A DNA stretch of 64,000 nt from Thermoanaerobaculia bacterium (GTDB lineage Bacteria; Acidobacteriota; Thermoanaerobaculia; UBA5066), in the NCBI GenBank assembly GCA_963816185.1, contig CAWFJJ010000025.1, positions 480,001 to 544,000 on the forward strand, given 5' to 3'. The position numbers and the translations under genes are program-made. Below are positions 9,739-19,730 of the stretch, piece by piece. The notes beneath the pieces were generated by a model, which worked only from the letters and a program-made list of their open reading frames with translations, made no database searches and had not been told where the DNA came from. Position 1 is the stretch's first letter; the number at the start of each line of letters is the position of its first letter.

Positions 9739-10839
9739 ATGCTGCCAGAAGAAGATCTCTCCGCCCGGGTATTCCGGCTGGCTCGTCTCGGGCGCGCCCG
9801 GGGCTTTTCGCGCGAGCGCTTCGAGCGCGCTCTCGCCGCGGCGAGCGTGGGCATCACGCGCAGCGAGCTCCTTCGCCTTCTCCTCGTGGAGTGGATCGGC
9901 GTGACGGCTCCCCTGGGCGACGTGCCGGCGCTCTGGGCGCGCGTCGAGCGCGCGTTCGAGAGGATGGAGAGCGCGCTCGGGCCGCCCGTGTCGCTCCAGA
10001 CGGCGCTGCTCCACGAGTTTCACAGCCGGCTCGGAAAGCTGCGGCAGCCGCGCCTCCTGTCCGACAACGAGATTTCGGCGCTTCGCGTGAACGCGATCAC
10101 GGACCCGCTCACTGGTCTTTACAACCGCCGCTTCCTGCACGACCACCTCGACCGCGAGGTCTCGCGTGCCGAGCGCGCGGGCGGAGTCGTCTCGGTTCTC
10201 ATGATGGATCTCGCGGGCTTCAAGTCCATCAACGACAGGCTCGGGCACCCGGTGGGTGACGGCGTTCTCGTGCGCACGGCGAAGGTCATTCGCGAGTCGC
10301 TGCGCGTGGTGGACGCCGGCTGCCGGTACGGCGGCGACGAGTTCGTGACGGTGCTTCCGAACAGCGACGTCGTGAACAGCCTCGCCGTCGCCGAGCGTAT
10401 CCGTCACAAAGTGGCGGGCATCCGGCTTCCCCTTCGCGTCGGCCTCAAGGTGGGCCTCAACTACGGGGTTGCGACGTTCCCGACGGACGGCCGCCTCCTC
10501 GATTTTCTCCTCAAGATCAGCGACATCCGCCTTTACGCGGCGAAGCGCCAGAACGCGAAGCCGTTCGAGAGGACGCGGCGCTTTCCGCGCTTTTGCGTAC
10601 CCGGCCTGACGTTGAAGATGGGCGGCAACGGCGCGCGCCAGGGCGCGCTCGCGGAAGTGCACGACATCTCTTACGGCGGGCTCGCCTTCGTCACGCCCCG
10701 GGAAAAGGCGCCCGACCGGCTCGAAGGCGAGATCCTGCAGCGGTACAGCGGCGAGCCGCATCGCGTGGCGATGCGGAGGGTGAACACGGTCCCCCTTTCC
10801 GACGGCCGCCTGCGAGTCGGCTGTGCCTATGTGCACTGA
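9739..10839 (+). CDS. Diguanylate cyclase (GGDEF) with C-terminal PilZ domain
   Basis: DPLTGLYNRR, FKSINDRLGHPVGD, RVVD I-site, RYGGDEF; PilZ motifs RRFPR and DISYGG. Confidence 0.92.
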   Translation: MLPEEDLSARVFRLARLGRARGFSRERFERALAAASVGITRSELLRLLLVEWIGVTAPLGDVPALWARVERAFERMESALGPPVSLQTALLHEFHSRLGKLRQPRLLSDNEISALRVNAITDPLTGLYNRRFLHDHLDREVSRAERAGGVVSVLMMDLAGFKSINDRLGHPVGDGVLVRTAKVIRESLRVVDAGCRYGGDEFVTVLPNSDVVNSLAVAERIRHKVAGIRLPLRVGLKVGLNYGVATFPTDGRLLDFLLKISDIRLYAAKRQNAKPFERTRRFPRFCVPGLTLKMGGNGARQGALAEVHDISYGGLAFVTPREKAPDRLEGEILQRYSGEPHRVAMRRVNTVPLSDGRLRVGCAYVH

Positions 10840-10874
10840 CCGTCTTTTGTCGGGAGCGTGCCCGTGAAGGATTC

Positions 10875-12207
10875 ATGGAGACGGGTGCAATCAGCGGCAG
10901 CGCGCACGCGTCCCCGGAGGCCGATCTGGACGGGCGCCCGCCGCTGAGCGCCGCCGCACGGGCCGGTCTTTTCGGGCCGGCCCTCCTGTCCCTGTCCCTC
11001 CTCGTCCTGCTCGCCTCGGGAGCCGTCGCGTCCGCCGACGTGCCGCTCGTCGCGGCTCTCGCGGCTTCCGCGGTGTTCGCAGGAGGGCTCCTCGCCACCT
11101 CTCTCGCAGCGCGGCTCCTGGGCCCGTTCGCCGCGCCGCTCCGCCTTCTCGTGCCGCTTTGCCTCGCGCTCGTCGCGCTCGCGAGGACGGGCGGCCCCTC
11201 GAGCGACCTCTTCCCGCTCCTCCTGGTGCTCGTCGCGGTCGAAACGGCGATCTCGCGTGAGGGCGGGCGCTTCCTCCTCGTGGGCACGTATGCAGGCCTG
11301 GTCCTCCTCGTCGTCCTCTTCCCGGCGCCCACGGCCGCGGCGGCGCGGTCGCTCGCGCTGCGTTTTCTCTGGCCGGCCGCGGCGGCCTTCGGAGTCGAGC
11401 TCGTGCTCCGCGGAACGGCGCCCGGGCGGAATAGCGGCGCTCAGGATGCGCCCGCGCCCGTCCGGCAGGTCGTCGAGAGCGCACCCGCGAGCGCCGCGTC
11501 CGTTCGCGATCATGCGGAGCGAGATCCTTCACGACCTGAAGTCGCCGCTCACCGTCCTTCGCGTTTACGGCGACCTCGTGGCCGAGGCGGCGCGGCGCGG
11601 CGAGCTGCCCTCTGAAGCGCACCTCGCGGGCCTCGCACGCGAGCTGACGCTCATGGAGACCCTCGCCGGCATGCCGCCGCGCGCGCCGGCCTCCGCGCCG
11701 GGCGCGTCCCCGGCCGGCCCGCCCGCCCCTCCGGTCCTCCCGCGCTCCGATCTCGTGCGCGTGCTCGCGACTCTCGTCGAGTCGTACCGGCTCGCCCACG
11801 GCGAAAGGGTGCGCCTCGAGTTCGTCGCCGAGGGCGCGGAGATCCCCGTCGCCGCGGATCCCGTCGCGCTCCAGCGCGCGTTCCGCAACGTGCTCGACAA
11901 CGCGGTCAAGTACACGCCCGCGGGCGGACAGGTCCGCGTGAGGGCGAGCGTCGTCGCACAGCACGCGTTCGTCGTGATCAGCGACACGGGCGCCGGGATG
12001 ACGCCGGAGGAGCAGAAGCATGCGTTCACGTTCGCCTGGCGGAGCCCGTCCGCATCGGCTTCCGGCGTGCCGGGGCGGGGAATCGGCCTCGGCGTGACGA
12101 AAGATCTGCTCGAGAAGAACGGCGGGAAGATTTCGCTCCTCTCCGAGCCCGGCCACGGCCTCGAGGTCACGATCATGTTTCCCGTCGCCCGCGAGGCCGG
12201 GGCGTGA
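10875..12207 (+). CDS. Membrane sensor histidine kinase, frameshift near 11500
   Basis: TM-rich N-terminus (frame of ORF 10593..11615) joins H-box HDLKSPL, N-box NVLDNAVKY, DTGAGM, GRGIGL (ORF 11257..12207). Confidence 0.8.
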
Positions 12208-12593
12208 GCACGCGCATCTTCGTCGTGGATGACGACCCGGCGATGATCGAGGCGGTGGCCGCGGTCCTGTCGCTCGACGGCTTCGACGTGGACGGAGCGA
12301 GCGACGGCGCCTCGGCGCTCCGGGCCGTCCTCCAGGACCCGCCGGCGCTCCTGATCCTCGACGTCGGCATGCCCGGGCTCAGCGGCTGGGAGCTGTGCGA
12401 GATCATGCGCCGCCAGCCCATGACCCGCGACCTGCCCATCCTCTTTCTGACGGGGCGGGGCGAGGTGCGCGACCGGATCACCGCGATGCAGGTCGGCGGA
12501 ACCGATCACCTGACGAAGCCGTTTCGGGCCGAGGAGCTGCGGGCGCGCGTGCGTGCCCTGACGGTCCAGGTGCCTGGAAAAGGAGCATCATGA
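12204..12593 (+). CDS. Single-domain response regulator (REC)
   Basis: IFVVDDD, LILDVGMPG, LTKPF; 129 aa. Confidence 0.92.
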   Translation: MSTRIFVVDDDPAMIEAVAAVLSLDGFDVDGASDGASALRAVLQDPPALLILDVGMPGLSGWELCEIMRRQPMTRDLPILFLTGRGEVRDRITAMQVGGTDHLTKPFRAEELRARVRALTVQVPGKGAS

Positions 12594-13942
12594 CGAAAGT
12601 GCCTCGCACGGATTCCCTGAAGCTCGTCGCGGAGCGATCGCCTGTCGACGTGCCCGAGATCGAGAGGTTGCGTCTCGAGTCGCTGCTCCACGACGCCGTC
12701 ACGGGCTTGACGCTGCATCCTTTCGCCGACCTCAAGGGAGAGCGCGTCGCGAATCTCGGAGTCATCTACATCCAGCTCGGGCGCTTCGCGGGCGTCGAGA
12801 GTCTTTACGGATGGGAGCTCTACGACCGGATCCTGCGCGTGACGTCGGCGAGCCTTCGCGAGGACATCACGGCCTCGCCTCTCGCCCCGGGCCTTCTCGC
12901 GATGTCCTTCAACGGCTCCGACGGCGTCTTTCTTCTCTTCGACGTCGCGCGGCGCGCTCCCGGACGGCACGGCGTCACGCTGGAGGCGGAGGCCGCGCGT
13001 CTCCGCCAGGGCGTCGGGCGCCGCCTGAAGCAGGCGCTCGGACGCTCCGCCGTCGACCTCATGCACATTCACGCGACTGCGCTCGTGGTTCCCGACGATC
13101 CGCGCGTGCGGCCGTCACGGCAGGTCATGCGCGCGCTCGCAGAGGCGGCGCGGCTCGCCGACGCGCGCGAAAGCGGCGAGAAGAAGTCGTTCGTCGAGAG
13201 GCTCAAGACCCTCCTGTCCGCGAAGAAGCTGCGCGCGGTCTTCCAGCCCATCGTCGGCGTGACGTCGGGCGAGGTCCTCGGCTACGAGGCGCTCATTCGG
13301 GGGCCGGCGGGCCACGAGCTCGAGATGCCCGACGAGCTCTTCGCGGTGGCGCGTGAGGGAGACCTCCTCCTCGAGCTCGAGAGCCTCTGTGTCGAGACGG
13401 TCTTCTCGTCGCTTCCCAGGGCCGCGCGAAAGAAACGCCTCTTCGTGAACGCGTCGGCGCGCCTTCTCACGCACTCCGTGTTCCTCGACGACCGCAATCT
13501 CGCCGAGATGGGCCGGGTCCACGGGGACATCGTTCTCGAGCTCTCGGAGAAGGAGGTCGTCTTCAATTACCCGGCGTTTCGCGAGGTCGTCGGGCGGCTG
13601 CGGGCGTCCGGCTTCGGGTTCGCGATCGACGACGCGGGCTCGGGCTACTCGGGCCTCGAGTCCATCGTGCAGCTCCGGCCGGAGTACGTGAAGGTGGCTC
13701 ACACGCTCGTCGCGGGCCTCGACAAGGACCGGATCAAGCGCGAGATCGTGGGGTCGCTCGCGTCACTCGGCGAGCGCATCGACGCGGAGCTGATCGCCGA
13801 GGGCATCGAGAGGCGTGGCGAGCTGGAGAGCCTTCGTAGCCTCGGCGTCCCGTGGGGACAGGGCTTCCTTCTCGGGCGTCCCGCCGCCCGCCCGGTCGTG
13901 ACGCGTCCGGGGGCGCGCGGCGCCGGCGAGGACGTCTGCTAA
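12590..13942 (+). CDS. EAL c-di-GMP phosphodiesterase with degenerate GGDEF-like N-terminus
   Basis: FQPIV...YEALIR, LFVNAS, AIDDAGSGYS, IAEGIE, GQGFLL; N-terminal HDAVTGL and NGSDG remnants. Confidence 0.9.
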   Translation: MTKVPRTDSLKLVAERSPVDVPEIERLRLESLLHDAVTGLTLHPFADLKGERVANLGVIYIQLGRFAGVESLYGWELYDRILRVTSASLREDITASPLAPGLLAMSFNGSDGVFLLFDVARRAPGRHGVTLEAEAARLRQGVGRRLKQALGRSAVDLMHIHATALVVPDDPRVRPSRQVMRALAEAARLADARESGEKKSFVERLKTLLSAKKLRAVFQPIVGVTSGEVLGYEALIRGPAGHELEMPDELFAVAREGDLLLELESLCVETVFSSLPRAARKKRLFVNASARLLTHSVFLDDRNLAEMGRVHGDIVLELSEKEVVFNYPAFREVVGRLRASGFGFAIDDAGSGYSGLESIVQLRPEYVKVAHTLVAGLDKDRIKREIVGSLASLGERIDAELIAEGIERRGELESLRSLGVPWGQGFLLGRPAARPVVTRPGARGAGEDVC

Positions 13943-13970
13943 AGTCCCCCCGCCCTCCGGGCTCCCACGC

Positions 13971-14753
13971 GTGACCTCGTTCGACAGATTCCTCCTTTTC
14001 GGCGCTGGCCTGCCGCTCATCATCGCCATCGTCTTCGTGGCCGACCGGAGGGGCGCCTTCCGGCGCGATCTCTTCTCGTCTGCGTGGAGAAAGCGCCTCG
14101 CTCTCCTCCTCCTCGCCCTCGTCCTCGTCGCGACAACACTTCTCCCCGCCGCGGCCGGAGGCCGAGAGCCGGACATCTCGTCCCTGCGCTTCTCGCAGGT
14201 GTTCGCCGTGCAGGCGCTCCTCGCGGTCTTCCTCCTCTCGTGGTGGCTTCTCAGCGGAAGGCCGTCCCCGGCCTCGTTCCTCGGGCTCGACTCGAAACGT
14301 CCGCTTGCCGAGGCCGGAACGGGCGTCGCCCTCGGCCTCATCGGCTGGACGCTCACGATCGTCGTCGGGCTGGGCGCGGCTCTTCTCTTCCATGCCTTCG
14401 ATTACGAGCCTCACCACGCGGTGCCGCCGCTCGTGAGCTGGCTGGCCTCGCGCCCGGCGGAGCAGCGCGGTCTTCTCGTCGTGATGGCGATGACGCTCGA
14501 GGAGTTCCATTTCCGGTCGTTCCTCCAGCGCCGCCTGGGGGCGGTCCCCGCCTCGGTGTTCTTCCTGCTCGCGCACGCCGGCTATGGCGAGCCGTTCTTC
14601 TTCGTGGGCCTGCTCGCGATCACGACGGTTCTCGCCGTGGCCTTCGCGAAGACCGGGAATGCCGTCGCGTCGATCGTCGCTCACGGCACCTTCGACGCGA
14701 TTCAGCTCTTCATTTTCCTTCCGGCGGCGCTGAGGCTGCTCGCGGGGAGCTGA
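13971..14753 (+). CDS. CPBP/Abi-family intramembrane metalloprotease
   Basis: EEFHFR, FLLAH, HGTFD motifs; multiple TM helices. Confidence 0.88.
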   Translation: MTSFDRFLLFGAGLPLIIAIVFVADRRGAFRRDLFSSAWRKRLALLLLALVLVATTLLPAAAGGREPDISSLRFSQVFAVQALLAVFLLSWWLLSGRPSPASFLGLDSKRPLAEAGTGVALGLIGWTLTIVVGLGAALLFHAFDYEPHHAVPPLVSWLASRPAEQRGLLVVMAMTLEEFHFRSFLQRRLGAVPASVFFLLAHAGYGEPFFFVGLLAITTVLAVAFAKTGNAVASIVAHGTFDAIQLFIFLPAALRLLAGS

Positions 14754-16062
14754 CCGTCCGGTCCAGGGCGGGAGTCCCCGTCATGCGGCCACGGACGACC
14801 TCGACGCGGTCGGCCATGGCCGTCACGTTGGCGGCTCTCCGGCCATCCGGCCGCACGTAAAGCTGCTCGAGCGCCGCCGCGATGCGCTTCGCGGCGGCCG
14901 GCGAGGTCACCCGCATGCGCCAGACGAAGCCGACCGGGAGCGGCCCTGCGCCCAGCGACACCTTCGGCTCGAAAAAGACGATGCGGTCGTCCTGCCAGTC
15001 GGCGGCGAGCGCCGCGGCGTTCGCGGCACCGGCGCGCTCGAGGAGCTCGCGGAGCATCCATTCTCCGAACGTATCCTCGTAGAGAAGACGCATTCCGTGC
15101 GGGACGCTTGCCGCCGACGGACGGTCGCCGGGGTCGAGGATGACGCGCGTGGTGCCGTCCCTGTCCGGGTGGAGGATCTCGGAGGTCGTGCGGGGCAGCC
15201 GGGCGTACGCCGCGTCCACGGCGGGCCAGCCGCCGGCCTTCTTCTTCGCCTGGATCCACGCCGTTCCCCCCACGTACGGGAAGAGCATCTCCTTGACGAA
15301 GAAAGGCGGCACACCCTCGGCACCCTCGATGGTCGCACCCGCGGCGAGGCCGGACATCATCGTCGTGAGGGTTTCGGCGCCGACGAGCCCCTTCGCCTCG
15401 TCCGGCAATCGCGTGAGGAGCGCGTCCACCATCACGACGGTCGCCTCGCCTTCGAGGAAGGCTTCGAACGCGAGCAGGCCGTCGGAGGAGTCGTGGAGCG
15501 CCTTGAGCCGCGGGACGAGATCGAGGCGGCGGTCCTGCAGCGCGTGCGTCAGCTCGTGAGCCAGGAGGGTGTCTTCGAGCAGGGCCTCCCCCGAGAGGCC
15601 CAGCTCGGGGACTTCCGCCGCCGTTTCGGCCGTGCGTTCGGGCACGATGAAGAACTTCTTCTCGGCGGGGTCGTAGAAGCCGGCGACCTGGCGTGTGTAG
15701 AGATTCGTGAGCTTCTGCTCGAGGAGAGGTTCCGGGTCGAAGAAGCCGACGGCCGCCAGGGAGGCCGCATACCTCGGGAATGGCGCGGGCAGGTCCTCGA
15801 GGAGCTTCTTGCCGAGAACCCGGCGAAGGTCCTTCTCGGGGAGGATCGCCGACGCCACTTTTCCCGGGAAGGGCACGCCCCGGACTTTCTCGACGAGCTT
15901 CTGGGCGCTGGCCACCGCCTCCGGAAGGCGCTCGGCGATCGGGCGACCGGCCGAGTCGGGCGCGGCCGCGGCGGTCGCCACGACCGCCGCGAGGACCGTT
16001 GCGAGGAGTCGGAGGCCGCGGCGCCGGATCGATGGACGGCCCGCGCGGCGCTCGCGTATCAT
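14710..16062 (-). CDS. Secreted putative zinc metallopeptidase
   Basis: Signal peptide, GFYDP, HELTHALQD and EGEAT (gluzincin-like); start uncertain. Confidence 0.65.
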   Translation of the reverse strand: MIRERRAGRPSIRRRGLRLLATVLAAVVATAAAAPDSAGRPIAERLPEAVASAQKLVEKVRGVPFPGKVASAILPEKDLRRVLGKKLLEDLPAPFPRYAASLAAVGFFDPEPLLEQKLTNLYTRQVAGFYDPAEKKFFIVPERTAETAAEVPELGLSGEALLEDTLLAHELTHALQDRRLDLVPRLKALHDSSDGLLAFEAFLEGEATVVMVDALLTRLPDEAKGLVGAETLTTMMSGLAAGATIEGAEGVPPFFVKEMLFPYVGGTAWIQAKKKAGGWPAVDAAYARLPRTTSEILHPDRDGTTRVILDPGDRPSAASVPHGMRLLYEDTFGEWMLRELLERAGAANAAALAADWQDDRIVFFEPKVSLGAGPLPVGFVWRMRVTSPAAAKRIAAALEQLYVRPDGRRAANVTAMADRVEVVRGRMTGTPALDRTVSSPRAASAPPEGK

Positions 16063-16140
16063 GCGCCCGCGTTTCGGGATGAGTGTGGAGGGAAACATCG
16101 GAGCGGCGAGCTTAGCAGCGCGTCTCCTCGTTCATCGGCG

Positions 16141-16605
16141 ATGACTGAATCGTCCGCCGCTTCGCCGGGGCCCATCGTCCTCTGGCTCTCGAGCCGGTAC
16201 GAGAATCTCGAGCTCGGCCAGGCGGTGCTCGAGTACGTATGCCGGCTGCGCGGGATCGAGAACGACGCCGAGCACTGGATCGGGGTCGCGCTGCGCGAGG
16301 CGCTCGCGAACGCGATCAAGCACGGCAACCGCCAGGATCCTTCCCGGCGCGTGATGCTCTCGCTCGGCGGCTCCGAAAGCAGCCTCGAGATCGTCGTCGG
16401 CGACGAGGGAGAAGGGTTCGACGCGACCGACGTCGCGGATCCGCTCGCGCCGGAAAACCAGATGAAGACGTCGGGACGCGGCATCTTCTACATGAAGACG
16501 TTCATGGACGACGTGACGTTCGCGCGTGGCGAGCGCGGTGGCACGATACTCACGATGAGAAAGCACTTCAATTCCGATCAGAAGAAGGGAGCGCAAACGC
16601 GATGA
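16141..16605 (+). CDS. Anti-sigma factor kinase, RsbW-like
   Basis: EALANAIKHGN, DEGEGFD, SGRGIFYMKTFMD. Confidence 0.9.
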   Translation: MTESSAASPGPIVLWLSSRYENLELGQAVLEYVCRLRGIENDAEHWIGVALREALANAIKHGNRQDPSRRVMLSLGGSESSLEIVVGDEGEGFDATDVADPLAPENQMKTSGRGIFYMKTFMDDVTFARGERGGTILTMRKHFNSDQKKGAQTR

Positions 16606-16943
16606 AGACCACGGTAAGCATGCGCGACGTCGGCGACGTCAAGATCGTCGAGCTGCACGGCAAGATCACGATCGGGGCGGGCGACCTGCAGATGCGGGAA
16701 GCGATTCACACCGCCATCAAAGGCGGCTCGACCAAGCTTCTCGTCGACATGAAGGACGTCTCGACGATCGACTCGTCGGGCATCGGAGAGCTCGTGGGCT
16801 GCTACACGACGGCGACGCACAAGGGGGCGAAGCTGAAGCTCGTGAACCTCCCGCCCAAGATCAGCGACGTCCTCACGGTGACGCAGCTCATCACCGTGTT
16901 CGACGTCTTCACGAACGAGAAGGACGCGCTCGCGAGCTTCTGA
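16602..16943 (+). CDS. STAS anti-sigma factor antagonist, RsbV-like
   Basis: IDSSGIGEL phosphoacceptor motif, 113 aa, coupled to RsbW-like gene. Confidence 0.92.
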   Translation: MKTTVSMRDVGDVKIVELHGKITIGAGDLQMREAIHTAIKGGSTKLLVDMKDVSTIDSSGIGELVGCYTTATHKGAKLKLVNLPPKISDVLTVTQLITVFDVFTNEKDALASF

Positions 16944-16982
16944 TGGCTCCTCGGGAGGCGCGGCGTCCGGTCCCCCGTCCGA

Positions 16983-17909
16983 TTGAGAGTCGTGGCCGCG
17001 CCTCCTGAGCCTTCCGCGCTTTCGCGCCTTCTCGGCGAGGTGCGTGCCGCGGTAGACGCGCGCCTCCCGACGCTCCTCGCGGCGGACGCGCCGGCGAGAG
17101 ATCCCGGCGATCCGCTTCCCTCCGCCGCGCGCGACGCGCTCCTTTCGCCGGGAAAGCGCGTGAGGCCGGTGCTCGTCGTCCTTTCGGGCGACCTGTTCGG
17201 AGTGCCCCGCACGCGCCTCGTGGACGCGGGCTGCGCGATCGAGATGGTGCACGCGGCCTCCCTCGTCCTCGACGATCTGCCCTCGATGGACGACGCCACG
17301 CTCCGGCGCGGAAAACCGGCGCTGCACATGACTCACGGCGAGGCGAACGCGATCCTCGCCGCGGTGACCCTCCTCACGCGGGCCTTCGGCCTCATCGCCG
17401 AGGCCGGCCTCCACCCGAGGCGAGGCGGCCTCCCGTCCTCGGCTGCGCTCGACCTCGTCTCGCGCCTCGCGGACGCCTCGGGGCTGGCGGGGCTCGCGTC
17501 GGGCCAGGCTTTGGACCTTGCGACCGACGCGGCCTCCGCCACGTTCGACCGTCTCGAGACGATCCACGCGCGCAAGACGGGCGCGCTCTTCGTCGCGTCG
17601 GCCGAGTTCGGCGCCGTGCTCGGCGGCGCGCGCGAGAAGGAGCTCGCGGCCGTGCGCTCGTACGCGCGCAATGTCGGCCTCGCGTTCCAGATCGTGGACG
17701 ACCTCCTCGAGCAGGCCCCTGCCGCCGAGTCCGGCAAGAGCTCGCGCCGAGCGCCCGCACCCACGTTCGTGCGCCATGTCGGCGTCGACGGCGCCCGCGC
17801 TCTCGTCGCCGAGCTGACGCAGCACGCCGTCGACTCGCTCGCGCCGTTCGGGAAGAAGGCGGACCTTCTGCGCGAGTTCGCGGTGATGCTGAGAGACCGG
17901 AAGAATTAG
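16983..17909 (+). CDS. Polyprenyl diphosphate synthase (IspA/CrtE family)
   Basis: GKRVRP, HAASLVLDDLPSMDDATLRRGKP, GQALD, KTGALF, FQIVDDLL. Confidence 0.92.
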   Translation: MRVVAAPPEPSALSRLLGEVRAAVDARLPTLLAADAPARDPGDPLPSAARDALLSPGKRVRPVLVVLSGDLFGVPRTRLVDAGCAIEMVHAASLVLDDLPSMDDATLRRGKPALHMTHGEANAILAAVTLLTRAFGLIAEAGLHPRRGGLPSSAALDLVSRLADASGLAGLASGQALDLATDAASATFDRLETIHARKTGALFVASAEFGAVLGGAREKELAAVRSYARNVGLAFQIVDDLLEQAPAAESGKSSRRAPAPTFVRHVGVDGARALVAELTQHAVDSLAPFGKKADLLREFAVMLRDRKN

Positions 17910-17933
17910 CGTTGCGGTAACGTCGCAGGCTGC

Positions 17934-19730
17934 ATGAAAGAGCGAGACGGCCGTCCGAGAGAGGGAGCAGAAAGATCTTCTTCTTCCTCTTCTGGCGTCG
18001 AGCTTTCGCTCGACGCCGCTCGCGAGCGTCTCCGCGAGCGGGGATACCTCGACCGGGGAGTCGAGGGAGCCGTTCTCAAGGGCGCGCTCGCGGCGCGTAC
18101 GCGGACGCGCGCGTTCCTCCTCGGCGCGGCGACCGGGGCGGCGTTTCTCGCGGCCGCCGTGGCCCTCGCGCAGACGGTGCTCGTCGCCGTGTCCTCGTCA
18201 TTGCCGCTCCGGGATGCGGCCGTGCTCCTGCTCTGGCTCTTCGCGGGCGCCGCGGCGGTCGCCTCGCTCGTCGTCCTCGCGCTCGTCGTCCTCGCGCTCG
18301 CGAGGTCGCGCGCCCACGGGGACGCGGAAGATGGCTCCACGGAGATCGCGGTAACGTTCGGCGTTCTCGCCGGCGTCGCGGGCGTCCTCGCGGCGCGTCC
18401 CGCGCTCGAGAGCGCGGGACCGCCGGCAGCCGCGGCGGTCCTCCTCGCCGTCGCATTCGCGGTGCTCATCGCCGTGCGTGTGGCGCGGGGGCTCGCCTTC
18501 ACGGTGCTCGCGGCGTCGGGGCGCCTTTTCGTGACGCGGCCGCGCCGCACGTTCGTCGCGTGGGTCCTCGCGGGCGGAACGCTCGTCCTCGTCGGCATCT
18601 CCGCGCTCCTTTTCCGCGTTCCGACGGTCGGGGACGCCCCTCTCGTCGTGGCGGCGAACTCGCGGCGCGTCGTCGTCGTGGGCGTCGACGGTTGGACCGA
18701 GGACCTACCGGGAGTAGGGGCGGCGCGCGCGCGCTATACGAAGGAAGCGCGCGACCCGGCGGCCTTCTGGACGACGGTCGCAACCGGCGAAAGCGTGAAG
18801 CGCCACGGCATCGGCTCTCTCGACCTCGTGCGTGTTCTGGGCGTGAGATCGGCCGTGCGCCCTCTCGCGGGCGCCGGCTGGTATCTGAGAAACGTGCTGC
18901 CGGCCCTGCACCTGGCGCGGCGCGAGTCCGTCACGGCCGGTGCGAGGCGCGTGCCCGCGCTGTGGGAGGTTGCGAGCCGGGGCGGTATCCCGTCCCTCAC
19001 GGTGAACTGGTGGACGACATATCCGGCGGAGGCGGGCGGAGGAACGATTCTCGGAAACCATCTCTTCTTCGCGGCGCGCGCGGGCGCGTCGCTCGCCGGG
19101 GAAGGCTGGCCGGCCGATGCCGCCGAGCGCGCCGCCCACCTTGCGCCGCGCGTGGCGCCCGAGCCGGGCTCGCTCGAGCGCCTCGTGGCGGACGCGCGCG
19201 GCCTCGATGCCTTCGCGCTCGCGGCCTTTCGCGAGGCCTGGCGCCGCGACGCCCCGCGTCTCGCCCTGCTTTATCTCCCGGGGCCCGACATCCTCTCGTC
19301 CGCGCTCCTCGACCCGGAGCGCGGGACGGCCGACCGCGTCGCTCTCGCGGCGGCTCTGACCGAGGAGACGGCGAACCTGCGCGCGTTCCTCCTCGACCCG
19401 GGTCTCGCTCCCGCGCCCGACCTTCTCGTCCTCGTCCTCGACGCGGGCCGGCACGAGAGCGGCGGCGTCGTGCTCCTCGAGGGGCCGCTCGCGAAGGGAG
19501 GCGCGGAATCGACGCTCGCACCGGAGGACCTCGCGCCCACCGTCCTCTCGGTCCTGGGCGTTCCCGCCTCGCGCGAGATCGCCGGACGCGTGCGCGGCGA
19601 TCTCCTCGCGCCGGGCGCGACGGGCGGCGAGACGGTCGCGTCGTGGGGGCGCCGCCGCGCGAGCACCGTGCTCGCGGTGGATCCGAAGGCGTACGTCGAG
19701 AACCTAAGAAGCCTCGGGTACCTGAGATAG
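17934..19730 (+). CDS. Membrane-anchored alkaline phosphatase/phosphodiesterase-superfamily protein
   Basis: Multiple N-terminal TMs, VGVDGW, WTTVATG, DLAPTVL, C-terminal LRSLGYL. Confidence 0.75.
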   Translation: MKERDGRPREGAERSSSSSSGVELSLDAARERLRERGYLDRGVEGAVLKGALAARTRTRAFLLGAATGAAFLAAAVALAQTVLVAVSSSLPLRDAAVLLLWLFAGAAAVASLVVLALVVLALARSRAHGDAEDGSTEIAVTFGVLAGVAGVLAARPALESAGPPAAAAVLLAVAFAVLIAVRVARGLAFTVLAASGRLFVTRPRRTFVAWVLAGGTLVLVGISALLFRVPTVGDAPLVVAANSRRVVVVGVDGWTEDLPGVGAARARYTKEARDPAAFWTTVATGESVKRHGIGSLDLVRVLGVRSAVRPLAGAGWYLRNVLPALHLARRESVTAGARRVPALWEVASRGGIPSLTVNWWTTYPAEAGGGTILGNHLFFAARAGASLAGEGWPADAAERAAHLAPRVAPEPGSLERLVADARGLDAFALAAFREAWRRDAPRLALLYLPGPDILSSALLDPERGTADRVALAAALTEETANLRAFLLDPGLAPAPDLLVLVLDAGRHESGGVVLLEGPLAKGGAESTLAPEDLAPTVLSVLGVPASREIAGRVRGDLLAPGATGGETVASWGRRRASTVLAVDPKAYVENLRSLGYLR

